64,000 bases of DNA, from assembly GCA_902559885.1 (NCBI GenBank), contig CACEJU010000001.1, forward strand, positions 27,385-91,384, read 5' to 3'. This document shows, piece after piece, positions 19,501 to 28,093 of this stretch. Origin of the DNA: an uncultured SAR86 cluster bacterium (GTDB lineage Bacteria > Pseudomonadota > Gammaproteobacteria > Magnimaribacterales > D2472). Below the pieces are notes generated by a model, which was not told the origin of the DNA, did no database searches, and saw nothing but the letters and a program-made list of their open reading frames with translations. A program made the position numbers and the translations under genes. Numbering within the stretch: the first letter of the stretch is position 1; the number at the start of each line of letters is the position of its first letter.

Positions 19501-19602
19501 ATGAAAGTTTTTAATCTTATTTTTCTAGCTTTGCTTTTAACAATGGCTGGTTGTGGAGTAAAAGGACCAATTGTTAATGATGAAATACATCTCGAGCAGT
19601 AA
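19501..19602 (+). CDS. lptM: LptM (YifL)-like small lipoprotein, 33 aa (absent from the ORF track)
   Basis: My own translation is MKVFNLIFLALLLTMAGCGVKGPIVNDEIHLEQ. The lipobox MAGC is followed by GVKGP, which matches the E. coli YifL core GCGLKGP. The stop overlaps the lysA ATG as TAATG, giving the conserved position upstream of lysA/dapF. Confidence 0.75.
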   Translation: MKVFNLIFLALLLTMAGCGVKGPIVNDEIHLEQ

Positions 19603-20843
19603 TGGATTATTTTAACTATAAAAATAATCAGCTTTTTTGTGAAGAGGTTGCCTTATCTGATCTTGCAGAAAAATATGGAACGCCTGCATATGTTTATTCT
19701 AAAAAAACTTTAGTTCGCCATTTATCGGCATATTCAAATAGCTTTGAGAAGCTCAATAATATGATCTGTTTTTCTGTAAAGTCATTAGGAAATATTGCCA
19801 TTCTAAACCTATTAAATTCTCAGGGTGCTGGCTTTGATATTGTTTCTGGGGGCGAGCTTTTTAGAGCTCTAAAAGCAGGAGCAGATCCTAAAAAAATAAT
19901 ATTTTCTGGTGTAGGCAAATCCTCAGTTGAGGTTGCTGCTGGTATTAAGGCAGGTATTTTATCGTTCAATATAGAATCAATTTCAGAATATGAGAGGATT
20001 AAAAAGATTGCTAATGAAATGCAAGTTAGTGCACCAATTTCAATAAGATTTAATCCTGATATTCATGCTGGTGGACATGATTATATAAGTACCGGTAGAA
20101 AAGAAGATAAATTTGGCATTGATTCTGAAGAACAGGTACTAGAACTTGCACAAAAAATTAATGAAGATGAATATTTAATTTTTAAAGGATTAGCCTGTCA
20201 TATTGGATCTCAAATCCTAAGCCTTGATGGTTTTGAAAAGGCTGCAATTAAAACTCTTAAACTATGCGATAACCTAAACAACAATGGTATTAATGTTACC
20301 CTTGTTGATCTTGGTGGAGGCTTAGGGGTTCCATATAAAGAAGAGGAACCGCCATCTCCAAAAGAGTTAATACAAACTATAGAAAAAGTTTTTATTGGAA
20401 GGAATGAGCAAATTATTCTTGAGCCTGGGAGAAGTATTTCAGCGAATTCTGGTGTCCTTGTTACAAAAATTGAGTATCTAAAAAATAAATTTATTATTGC
20501 CGATGCTGCGATGAATGATTTATTGAGGCCTGCGCTATATCAAGCGCACCATTCAGTAATGCCGGTAATAAAAAACAAAGAAGCTAGTGATATGGAGTAT
20601 GACCTTGTCGGCCCCATTTGTGAAACTGGTGATTATTTAGCAAAAAATATTAAGATTAATGCAGAAGAAGGTGACCTGTTGGCAGTCAAAACTGCTGGAG
20701 CATATGGTTTTGTAATGTCTTCTAACTATAACGCCCGCCCAAGAGCCCCAGAAATTTTGGTTGATGGGTCAAACCACTACTTAATAAGAAGAAGAGAAAC
20801 ACTTGAAGATCTTATTGATTTAGAGGAGATACCAATTGCTTAA
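19602..20843 (+). CDS. lysA: diaminopimelate decarboxylase
   Basis: The PLP-lysine context is FSVKSLGN, and the EPGRSI and GPICETGD blocks are present. Confidence 0.96.
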   Translation: MDYFNYKNNQLFCEEVALSDLAEKYGTPAYVYSKKTLVRHLSAYSNSFEKLNNMICFSVKSLGNIAILNLLNSQGAGFDIVSGGELFRALKAGADPKKIIFSGVGKSSVEVAAGIKAGILSFNIESISEYERIKKIANEMQVSAPISIRFNPDIHAGGHDYISTGRKEDKFGIDSEEQVLELAQKINEDEYLIFKGLACHIGSQILSLDGFEKAAIKTLKLCDNLNNNGINVTLVDLGGGLGVPYKEEEPPSPKELIQTIEKVFIGRNEQIILEPGRSISANSGVLVTKIEYLKNKFIIADAAMNDLLRPALYQAHHSVMPVIKNKEASDMEYDLVGPICETGDYLAKNIKINAEEGDLLAVKTAGAYGFVMSSNYNARPRAPEILVDGSNHYLIRRRETLEDLIDLEEIPIA

Positions 20844-21621
20844 ATTTCATAAATATCATGGCAATGGTAATGATTTTATTATTATTAATAAAAATAAAAG
20901 TGATATAAAAATTACTAAATCTTTTGTGGCCAAGGCTGCTGATAGAAATAATGGAATTGGTTTTGATCAGTTAATAGTTGTTAGCAAAAGCAATAATAAA
21001 CCAGATTTTAAAATATATTTTTATAATGCAGATGGCTCTATGGCTGATATGTGCCTTAATGGAATTAGGTGTGCTGCAGAATATATATGGAGCAACAAGC
21101 TTTCAAAAAAGAAAAAATTAAATCTGGTTGTTAAATCTAAAAGTATTTTATGCGAAAAGCATAAGGGTTTAATTGAGTGTGTCTTAGATTTACCAAGGGA
21201 CTACGATAACGTAAAGTTAGAGAAGCAACTTGCAAAATATTTAAAATCAGAAGTCTATTCATTAATAGAAGTTGGGAATCTTCATCTTTGTATTAATAAA
21301 CGAGGGATAAAGACATTAGATTTAGGCCAATTATATGAGCAGCTAAGAAAAATAATTAAACCATACAAGATTAATCTATCGGTCTACAAGAAAAGTTCAA
21401 ATAACAATGTTGAAATAAGGACTTATGAAAATGGCGCTGGTGAAACATTGTCATGTGGCTCGGCTTCTGCATCTGTTGCGTTTTTAAATACTAAAAAATT
21501 CAATACGCCAGTTAACATTTTATCCAAGGGTGGTAAGTTAGAATTTAATGTTAATGAAAATACTATTACAATGAGAGGGCCTGCTACCTTTGTATTTTCA
21601 GGAGAAATAAGTGGCAAATAA
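20836..21621 (+). CDS. dapF: diaminopimelate epimerase
   Basis: The HGNGNDFII block is present with both catalytic Cys contexts, MCLNGIRC and LSCGSASAS. The start is TTG and overlaps the end of lysA. Confidence 0.93.
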   Translation: MLKFHKYHGNGNDFIIINKNKSDIKITKSFVAKAADRNNGIGFDQLIVVSKSNNKPDFKIYFYNADGSMADMCLNGIRCAAEYIWSNKLSKKKKLNLVVKSKSILCEKHKGLIECVLDLPRDYDNVKLEKQLAKYLKSEVYSLIEVGNLHLCINKRGIKTLDLGQLYEQLRKIIKPYKINLSVYKKSSNNNVEIRTYENGAGETLSCGSASASVAFLNTKKFNTPVNILSKGGKLEFNVNENTITMRGPATFVFSGEISGK

Positions 21622-22237
21622 AATTGATGCTAAAGAAGTTGAGTTGTTTTTGCTTGATAACTTAGACTTTTTTGAATCAAGAGAATCGTTAGTAAGCGAG
21701 CTTAAATTTAAACATGGGGAGTCATCTGCAGCATCCCTTTTAGAGAGGCAGGTATTAAAATTAAGAGACGAACATTCTAAGCTAATAGATATGCTTTCAG
21801 GCTTTGTTGATACTGCATCTGAAAATGAAGATTTATTCTTGAAATCAAAAAAGTTAACTTTAGATTTAATAAATTGCTCCAACAAAAAAGAAGTTTCCTC
21901 ATTAATAGAAGATGATCTTCGCAATAGCTTTGGGGTTAATGAGTGTTTCTTGTCTTTTTATGAGAATCATGAAATTGAAGAGCTGGAAAAGAATTCTTCT
22001 TTATCCTTCCATAAAGGCTCTATTCATTGTGGACCCTTATCTAAAGAGAAAATAAAACTCTTTTTTGAAAATAAAGAAATTGCATCAATTGTAATAGCTG
22101 TTTTGATTGTAAATAATCAAATTGGGTTATTGAAAATTGGTAGTTATGACAGAGCTAAATATTTAGGAGATGAGGACACAACTTTTATAGAATACATAAG
22201 AGATATTGTTGAGGCTAAATTATCCTCTTTGTCATAA
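21611..22237 (+). CDS. yigA: DUF484 protein (YigA-like)
   Basis: The gene lies between dapF and xerC, as in enterobacteria and pseudomonads. The N-terminal VELFLLDNLDFFESRESLVSEL block is typical of DUF484. The start is GTG. Confidence 0.75.
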   Translation: MANKIDAKEVELFLLDNLDFFESRESLVSELKFKHGESSAASLLERQVLKLRDEHSKLIDMLSGFVDTASENEDLFLKSKKLTLDLINCSNKKEVSSLIEDDLRNSFGVNECFLSFYENHEIEELEKNSSLSFHKGSIHCGPLSKEKIKLFFENKEIASIVIAVLIVNNQIGLLKIGSYDRAKYLGDEDTTFIEYIRDIVEAKLSSLS

Positions 22238-23134
22238 ATGGCTAAAACTAGTTTTTTAGATCTCGAAATTCAAAATTACATAAGTTATCTTAAAGAAATT
22301 AGAAATATGTCTGCTAATACTTGTGTTTCATACAATAGAGATCTTAAAAAATTATCATCTTATTTTGATAGCCTTCAAATAAGTGAAATTGATCAAGTTA
22401 ACGAAGCAATATGCTCAGGCTGGATTGGGTACTTATTTAATAAAGGCGTTTCTCCAAGAAGCATTCAAAGACACATATCCTCTGCAAAAGGATTGTTTAA
22501 ATTCCTTAAAAAGAATGAGTTGATAACATCATCGCCCTTTGAGCTTATACAAGCACCTAAATCCAAAAATTATCTTCCGGATGTTTTATCACCAGAACAG
22601 GTTGACAGATTGTTACAGTTCAAGCCCCAATCCGTAATTGACATAAGAGATCTTGCTATTGTTGAGCTTATTTACTCATCTGGACTAAGGGTTTCTGAAT
22701 TAGCAAACATCAATCTAAAGGATTTTGAAGAAGATTTCACATTTTTACGAGTCCTTGGTAAAGGCTCTAAAACTCGCCTTGTTCCTATAGGGACTTTTGC
22801 AAAAAATGCGGTAAAAAATTGGCTTAAAGAAAAGTCAAAGCATGCGCTTTCATCAGAAGCATTATTTGTAAATTTAAAAAATAAACGGCTTTCGGTCAGA
22901 AGTGTTCAGTTGAGACTAAAAAAAATGGCTACGAAACAGGGACTGCCACCAATTCATCCTCATATGCTAAGACATAGTTTTGCAACCCATATGCTAGAAT
23001 CAAGTGGCGACTTAAGATCTGTTCAAGAGTTGCTTGGTCATTCCTCACTATCAACAACTCAGATCTATACAAAGCTTGATTATCAATACTTGGCAAACAT
23101 ATATGAAAAATCACATCCTAGAGCAAAAAAATGA
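22238..23134 (+). CDS. xerC: tyrosine recombinase XerC (chromosome dimer resolution)
   Basis: The catalytic region is [13 protein letters not shown] ... [14 protein letters not shown] ... [16 protein letters not shown]. It sits in dapF-yigA-xerC-yigB synteny. Confidence 0.9.
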   Translation: MAKTSFLDLEIQNYISYLKEIRNMSANTCVSYNRDLKKLSSYFDSLQISEIDQVNEAICSGWIGYLFNKGVSPRSIQRHISSAKGLFKFLKKNELITSSPFELIQAPKSKNYLPDVLSPEQVDRLLQFKPQSVIDIRDLAIVELIYSSGLRVSELANINLKDFEEDFTFLRVLGKGSKTRLVPIGTFAKNAVKNWLKEKSKHALSSEALFVNLKNKRLSVRSVQLRLKKMATKQGLPPIHPHMLRHSFATHMLESSGDLRSVQELLGHSSLSTTQIYTKLDYQYLANIYEKSHPRAKK

Positions 23135-23823
23135 GAGATATAAAACTGATTACTTTTGATTTAGATGATACTTTTTGGGATATTGGGCCGCCAATCATCA
23201 AAGCTGAAAAAGAAACTCGGCACTGGTTAAACGAAAAAGTGCCTGAGATTAATTGGGGCGACTTTAATGATTTTGTTGATCTTAGAAACCAATTAATTAG
23301 AAAAAATTCATCGCTAGAGTGGGATATTAGCGAATTAAGAAAAGAATTTTATAAACATAAACTAAATGAGGTTTTAGATGATTCAGCTGAAGTGGATAAT
23401 CTAGTAAAACAAGCATACAAAATATTCATTCAAAAACGTCATGATCTCAAACTATATGATGGTCTAGTTGATTGTATAAAAAGCCTTTCAAAAAGATTTA
23501 TGTTGGGTATTTTAACCAATGGTAATGCTGATATTAATAATTTTTCAATTGGGAAAGATTTTTCTTTCTCTATCTCTTCACTGGACGTAAAAAGTAATAA
23601 ACCTAATATTGGTCATTTTGATCGAGCATTAGAATTATCTGGTTTTTCTGCAAGTGAAAGTTTGCATATTGGCGATCATCAAATCAATGATATGCTGGGA
23701 GCTCATGATGCAGGATTTTCATATATTTGGTTTAATAATAATAATGCTATATGGAGCCAAAAAATTGCTAAGCCTAAAGAATTTTCGGACTGGAGTTTAT
23801 TTGAGGAATTAATAAATAAATGA
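23131..23823 (+). CDS. HAD-superfamily hydrolase (YigB-like)
   Basis: HAD motif I is ITFDLDDT, and a late Asp block is [13 protein letters not shown]. The gene lies after xerC. Confidence 0.8.
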   Translation: MRDIKLITFDLDDTFWDIGPPIIKAEKETRHWLNEKVPEINWGDFNDFVDLRNQLIRKNSSLEWDISELRKEFYKHKLNEVLDDSAEVDNLVKQAYKIFIQKRHDLKLYDGLVDCIKSLSKRFMLGILTNGNADINNFSIGKDFSFSISSLDVKSNKPNIGHFDRALELSGFSASESLHIGDHQINDMLGAHDAGFSYIWFNNNNAIWSQKIAKPKEFSDWSLFEELINK

Positions 23824-24056
23824 GTGATAAAGATTTGATTTATGAGGCTATTGTTAGCATCCTTGATAAGGAATTAAAAAAACTCCATATCAGCATGCCT
23901 TCAGGTATAAGCGAACACATAGAAAAAAAAGTAAAGCCACAAATTGATGCTCTTATTGAATCACAAGGTTATGTTTCAAAACAAAAGTATGAACTAACAA
24001 CCAAGCTTATTAAGGATTTAGAGAAAAGAATTATTGAGCTAGAAAAAGATTTATAA
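23820..24056 (+). CDS. ubiK: ubiquinone biosynthesis accessory factor UbiK (YqiC/BMFP family)
   Basis: The segment LHISMPSGISEHIEKKVKPQIDALIESQGYVSKQKYELTTKLIKDLEKRIIELE aligns by eye with E. coli UbiK [42 protein letters not shown]...LEQRISELE. Confidence 0.75.
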   Translation: MSDKDLIYEAIVSILDKELKKLHISMPSGISEHIEKKVKPQIDALIESQGYVSKQKYELTTKLIKDLEKRIIELEKDL

Positions 24057-24455
24057 AGTTACAATATATTTAGATAGCTCTTTGATGTCTTTTTCAGATA
24101 AAGCAGCAGCCTGAGAGTACATTAGTACGCTTTGCGGGCCTCTAGGAATTTGATTTTTATATTCTAATAAGGCTGTTTCGATATATTCTACCGTTGTTCC
24201 TCTTAAAGAAGGGCCAACACCACCTTCGCCCTTTGCTCCATGACAGGCAACACAACCTGCATATAATTTAGAAGAAGCTGATCCAGCTATATCAGTGCTA
24301 CTTGAAACAGATGCGGCTCCACACTCAGCTCCCTCTACACAGATATTTGCTGCAATGTGTATCCTCTTTATAACTTCATCTTCATATTTCTTACCATTAA
24401 ATAAAAAAATTAAAGTTAAAGGGAGGATGAGTAGTAAATATTTTTTCTTGTTCAT
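24051..24455 (-). CDS. cytochrome c5-family monohaem cytochrome
   Basis: A signal/anchor is followed by a c5-type N-terminal block IAANICVEGAECG. The haem site is CVACHG. Confidence 0.82.
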   Translation of the reverse strand: MNKKKYLLLILPLTLIFLFNGKKYEDEVIKRIHIAANICVEGAECGAASVSSSTDIAGSASSKLYAGCVACHGAKGEGGVGPSLRGTTVEYIETALLEYKNQIPRGPQSVLMYSQAAALSEKDIKELSKYIVTL

Positions 24456-24493
24456 AATTTGATGCGTATTATATGTTGATAATAAAAAAGTTT

Positions 24494-25108
24494 CTACGAG
24501 TATGGCTTTTGAAGCTCAATTACATAATCAAGCACTTCAAAAAACTCTTCAAAACTTCTTTTTGGGCTGATTATATATTTTCCATCAACTATAACAGTAG
24601 GTGTTGATTGAACCTGTAACTGCCTTATGGTTTTATTAGCTCTCTCAACTCTCTGCTTAATTGAAAATGAATTTATATATTGAGTTGTTTTTTCTTTATC
24701 AACTCCAAATTTTTTGAGAAAGTCCTGAATTTGTCTTGGGCTCCTAAGCATTTTTCTTTCTTTATGTATTTGTAAGAAGACTGAGGACTGAACATCAGAT
24801 CCAAGGCCTAATGCTTCAATTGTGTAGAATAATGCAGCTTGATTTCTTGCTGTTTCGTGCCATGTAACAGGCATTTTTGAAAATTTAATTGTATTGTCTT
24901 GTTTTATGCTCCATGCATTAATGGCTGGGTAAAAATTGTAACAAGCTGCGCACTCATACCAAAATACCTCAGTAACCTCTACCACTCCATCTTTTTTTAC
25001 TGGTAAAGGGCTGCTAACTAAACGATAGTCAACGCCTTGACGAAAGTCAGCTGAAATAAAGCTAGAAAATAATAAAGGTATAACAATTAATAGCTTCTTT
25101 ATCTTCAT
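24494..25108 (-). CDS. dsbA: thiol:disulfide interchange protein DsbA (unusual CAAC active site)
   Basis: A signal peptide is present. The active-site context is FWYECAACYNF, and the cis-Pro loop context is QSTPTVIVDGKY. Confidence 0.88.
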   Translation of the reverse strand: MKIKKLLIVIPLLFSSFISADFRQGVDYRLVSSPLPVKKDGVVEVTEVFWYECAACYNFYPAINAWSIKQDNTIKFSKMPVTWHETARNQAALFYTIEALGLGSDVQSSVFLQIHKERKMLRSPRQIQDFLKKFGVDKEKTTQYINSFSIKQRVERANKTIRQLQVQSTPTVIVDGKYIISPKRSFEEFFEVLDYVIELQKPYS

Positions 25109-25752
25109 TTATATAATCCATGCATGTAATTTGATAATGCATCAATTTCATTATCAGTTAAATTTTGAGCAACGGCTTGCATTACTGTTGCATAGTCTCC
25201 ATTATTTCTTTCACCTGATCTATATGCCATAAGAGTTGATTTAAGGTAACCATATTGTTGTCCTGCAACTGAAGGGAATCCTGCTAAATTATTTCCATCA
25301 CCATATACTGAATGGCATGCTGTACAAGCAGGGATACCTCTTTTAATATCACCACTTCTATATAGACTCTCTCCAAGTGCTAAAAGTTCAGCATCATTTT
25401 TTGCCCTACCAATATTTGAAGGCCCAGATGCATAAAAAGCAGCTATGTCTTTTAGCTCTTTATCACTTAATGAGTTTAAATATGGTATTACCGCCATCAT
25501 GAGCGCATTCTCTCTTTCACCATCTTTAAAATAGTTTAATTGTGCAAGTAAATACTTCTCACTTTGACCTGCTAAATTAGGCCAATCAGTATTGATGCTA
25601 TTGCCATCACCACCATGGCATGCAGAACATGTTGCTACTAGGGTTGAACCATTAGAAGCATCTCCTGGAGCATACACCTCTGGCATTGCTATCTCATCTG
25701 CTGCAAAAGTAGCTATTGAGATTGTTGTAAATAATATAAAAATCTTTTTCAT
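25105..25752 (-). CDS. cytochrome c4 (dihaem)
   Basis: A signal peptide is followed by two haem sites, CSACHG and CTACHS, in repeated domains. The protein is 215 aa. Confidence 0.9.
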   Translation of the reverse strand: MKKIFILFTTISIATFAADEIAMPEVYAPGDASNGSTLVATCSACHGGDGNSINTDWPNLAGQSEKYLLAQLNYFKDGERENALMMAVIPYLNSLSDKELKDIAAFYASGPSNIGRAKNDAELLALGESLYRSGDIKRGIPACTACHSVYGDGNNLAGFPSVAGQQYGYLKSTLMAYRSGERNNGDYATVMQAVAQNLTDNEIDALSNYMHGLYK

Positions 25753-25817
25753 TGATAAAAGTACGAATATAAAGAAAGTGTATTATAAACAAAGGTTGAT
25801 ATGATATAAACGTTTAA

Positions 25818-26402
25818 ATGAAAAACCTTTTTAAAAATACAGAATTCATGATGGGGGTAACTAAATACAGAAACCTACCTGATGATATGGGCACAGAAAT
25901 ATTGCTTTCTGGGAGATCAAATGCTGGAAAGTCGAGTGCACTCAATGCTCTAACTGAAAATACTAAGCTAGCAAGGATAAGTAAGACACCAGGCAGAACA
26001 ACAGAAATTAATTTTTTTAAAGTCAATGATGGTCTTAAGTTGGTTGATTTACCTGGATATGGTTTTGCTAAATCTGCAAAATCTCAAAAAAAAGACTGGG
26101 GGCCATTATTAAGAGATTATTTTAAAAAAAGGAAAGCTTTAAAAGCTGTAATTATCTTTATGGATATTCGTCATCCCTTAAAAGATAGCGACATTGAAAT
26201 GATAAAGCTCTGTTCAAAATCTAATGTTGATTTTATTCCTGTACTCACAAAAAGCGATAAGCTATCAAATAATAAAATTGTAAATAGCATCAAAGATGTG
26301 AATAAAAGATTGATTGGTTGCGAAGCTATTGCAATATCAGCAAAAGATCAAAAAGGCATTGAGCTCCTTTCAAAAGAAATTATGAAATATTGCAGTGCTT
26401 GA
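25818..26402 (+). CDS. engB: ribosome biogenesis GTP-binding protein YihA/EngB
   Basis: G1 is GRSNAGKSSALNAL, G3 is DLPGYG and G4 is TKSDK. Confidence 0.95.
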   Translation: MKNLFKNTEFMMGVTKYRNLPDDMGTEILLSGRSNAGKSSALNALTENTKLARISKTPGRTTEINFFKVNDGLKLVDLPGYGFAKSAKSQKKDWGPLLRDYFKKRKALKAVIIFMDIRHPLKDSDIEMIKLCSKSNVDFIPVLTKSDKLSNNKIVNSIKDVNKRLIGCEAIAISAKDQKGIELLSKEIMKYCSA

Positions 26403-26910
26403 GTATCAAAAACAAAATTGTGAGCTGACTCTCAAAGAGGGGGTAAGTATTTATCACAGCTCATTCCCTGATGGCAAAGAAATATATAAAGATAAGTCTG
26501 AAAAGAAAATCTGGCGTTACCATGATGCTACTCATGTTATTTTTGGTATGGATGTTTCGCTGGAGGAAGAAGCTATTCTAGATACATGGGCTATATGGGG
26601 TACAGATTTTACACTCATACAAGCTTTGTCTTACTATAAGCTTCCTGAGCTGAAAGAGTTACAAGACAAACTTCTTTCTGAAGTAAAAGTATCAGGGTTC
26701 CTTAAATTATATAAAAATGTTTTCAAAACGAAGGTTAAAGTGTTAAGGAAAGTCTGGAAAATGAAAAAAAAGTGGCCTTATCAGTTCCCAAATGAATTCT
26801 ATGATAGAAAGATTAGCGACCTAAGAAAAGAATATGGTATTAGTATCTTAAAACCAGAAGAGAAAGAATTTCAAAAGTTAATGTGGTCTGGGGTTATTGA
26901 AGATAGCTAG
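26395..26910 (+). CDS. short Coq4-like protein (HDxxH-x11-E motif); function unproven
   Basis: The 171-aa ORF has a GTG start overlapping engB by 8 nt. The segment YHDATHVIFGMDVSLEEEAILDTW matches the Coq4 metal-ligand motif and parallels human COQ4 [22 protein letters not shown]. The N-terminal part is much shorter than in eukaryotic Coq4. Confidence 0.4.
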   Translation: MLEYQKQNCELTLKEGVSIYHSSFPDGKEIYKDKSEKKIWRYHDATHVIFGMDVSLEEEAILDTWAIWGTDFTLIQALSYYKLPELKELQDKLLSEVKVSGFLKLYKNVFKTKVKVLRKVWKMKKKWPYQFPNEFYDRKISDLRKEYGISILKPEEKEFQKLMWSGVIEDS

Positions 26911-27997
26911 ATATTCTTTGTACATAATTATCTATAAATTCCCTTTGATGGTCTGAATTTGAATATTTATATGCTTGATTCAAATAGTATGCTGTATTGA
27001 AAATATCGCCTTTATTTGCAAAAACTAAAGCAAAGTATAAATATGAATTGTTAAACAAATCATTATATATGCCATCATTTATATCAAGATATTCAAAAAA
27101 AGATTTTTCAAAATCTGCTATCTCGTCATACAAGCTTAGTTGATATAACGATTCAAGATAAATTATGGCTGAAGTGATTCCAATTTCAAAAGGCACATTA
27201 GGGTTTTTAGATTTTGCGTATTCGATATAATTTAAAATATTCTCTCTGGCCTCTTTAAAGTTTTTAAGATTAAGCTCTGCCTGAGCAATGAGCACATAAA
27301 ATAGCTCATCATATTTTAAATTTTTAGTGGCAAGGGCCTTGCCTTCCTCATGTTTACCAGTCTTTATATTTCTGTCTGCCTCAATAAAGTCTTGAAACTT
27401 ATTTTTTTTAACATCTAATGGGGCTTTGCCATCTTTGCTCATTTTATAGGTAAATCTATGAGCTGAATCTAGCATATCAATGTTTTGATTATCATATTTT
27501 GCAGGCATATAAGATAATTGGCGAGCAGCATTTAATGCTGAAGCATTGAAAATACTACAATTATTTAAATCACTAAAAACATATGTGAAGCGACCGCAGA
27601 CTGACTCTTTAATTTTATGATTAATTGTTTTGCCCTCTTTAGAAATATCAAATGAAACAATTACATATCCCTCCATTCCTCTTTGTCGTGCAGCCTCTGG
27701 ATATCTAACTTTTGGTGTATAGGATCTTACTGGGGACTCAAAGTCTTTAATTAAATCTGTTATTTTTAATTTTTTGTCATATAAAGAATAATAAGCATTT
27801 GAAAAATTCTTGTTTATTTCACATTTAGTATAAATTTTTTTTTCATTTTTTAGGCCTTCATTATCTATACACTCTTGAAACATTTCTTTTTCATTTTCGT
27901 ATGTCATAACAAAGTAGTTTCGAAGTGTAGAGTTTGTATATGCCTCTATATTTTGAATAAAAAAAAGAACCAGTAATAAAGAAATAAAATTTTTCAT
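26894..27997 (-). CDS. exported protein with an internal TonB-C-like domain and a helical-repeat C-terminal half
   Basis: The signal peptide is MKNFISLLLVLFFIQNIEA. The segment YPEAARQRGMEGYVIVSFDISKEGKTINHKI is the TonB C-terminal signature. There is no Pro-rich spacer and no N-terminal TonB anchor motif. Confidence 0.6.
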   Translation of the reverse strand: MKNFISLLLVLFFIQNIEAYTNSTLRNYFVMTYENEKEMFQECIDNEGLKNEKKIYTKCEINKNFSNAYYSLYDKKLKITDLIKDFESPVRSYTPKVRYPEAARQRGMEGYVIVSFDISKEGKTINHKIKESVCGRFTYVFSDLNNCSIFNASALNAARQLSYMPAKYDNQNIDMLDSAHRFTYKMSKDGKAPLDVKKNKFQDFIEADRNIKTGKHEEGKALATKNLKYDELFYVLIAQAELNLKNFKEARENILNYIEYAKSKNPNVPFEIGITSAIIYLESLYQLSLYDEIADFEKSFFEYLDINDGIYNDLFNNSYLYFALVFANKGDIFNTAYYLNQAYKYSNSDHQREFIDNYVQRISSYLQ

Positions 27998-28093
27998 ATC
28001 TTTATAATGTATATATTTACTATTAAATAAAAAATAGAATTTACATATAAAAATACATATTATTAATATATCTAAAAAACTAAGGTAACTCTA

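Noticed and set aside
22238-23134. A tyrosine recombinase as a possible marker of an integrated mobile element.
   Set aside because: The lysA-dapF-yigA-xerC-yigB synteny is conserved and there are no flanking repeats, tRNA or cargo genes. This identifies it as the chromosomal dimer-resolution recombinase XerC.
25814-26026. A 70-aa minus-strand ORF with a signal-peptide-like hydrophobic stretch, upstream of the cytochrome c4 gene.
   Set aside because: It lies entirely antisense to the G1/G2 region of engB. The hydrophobicity is what one expects from the reverse translation of AT-rich coding DNA.
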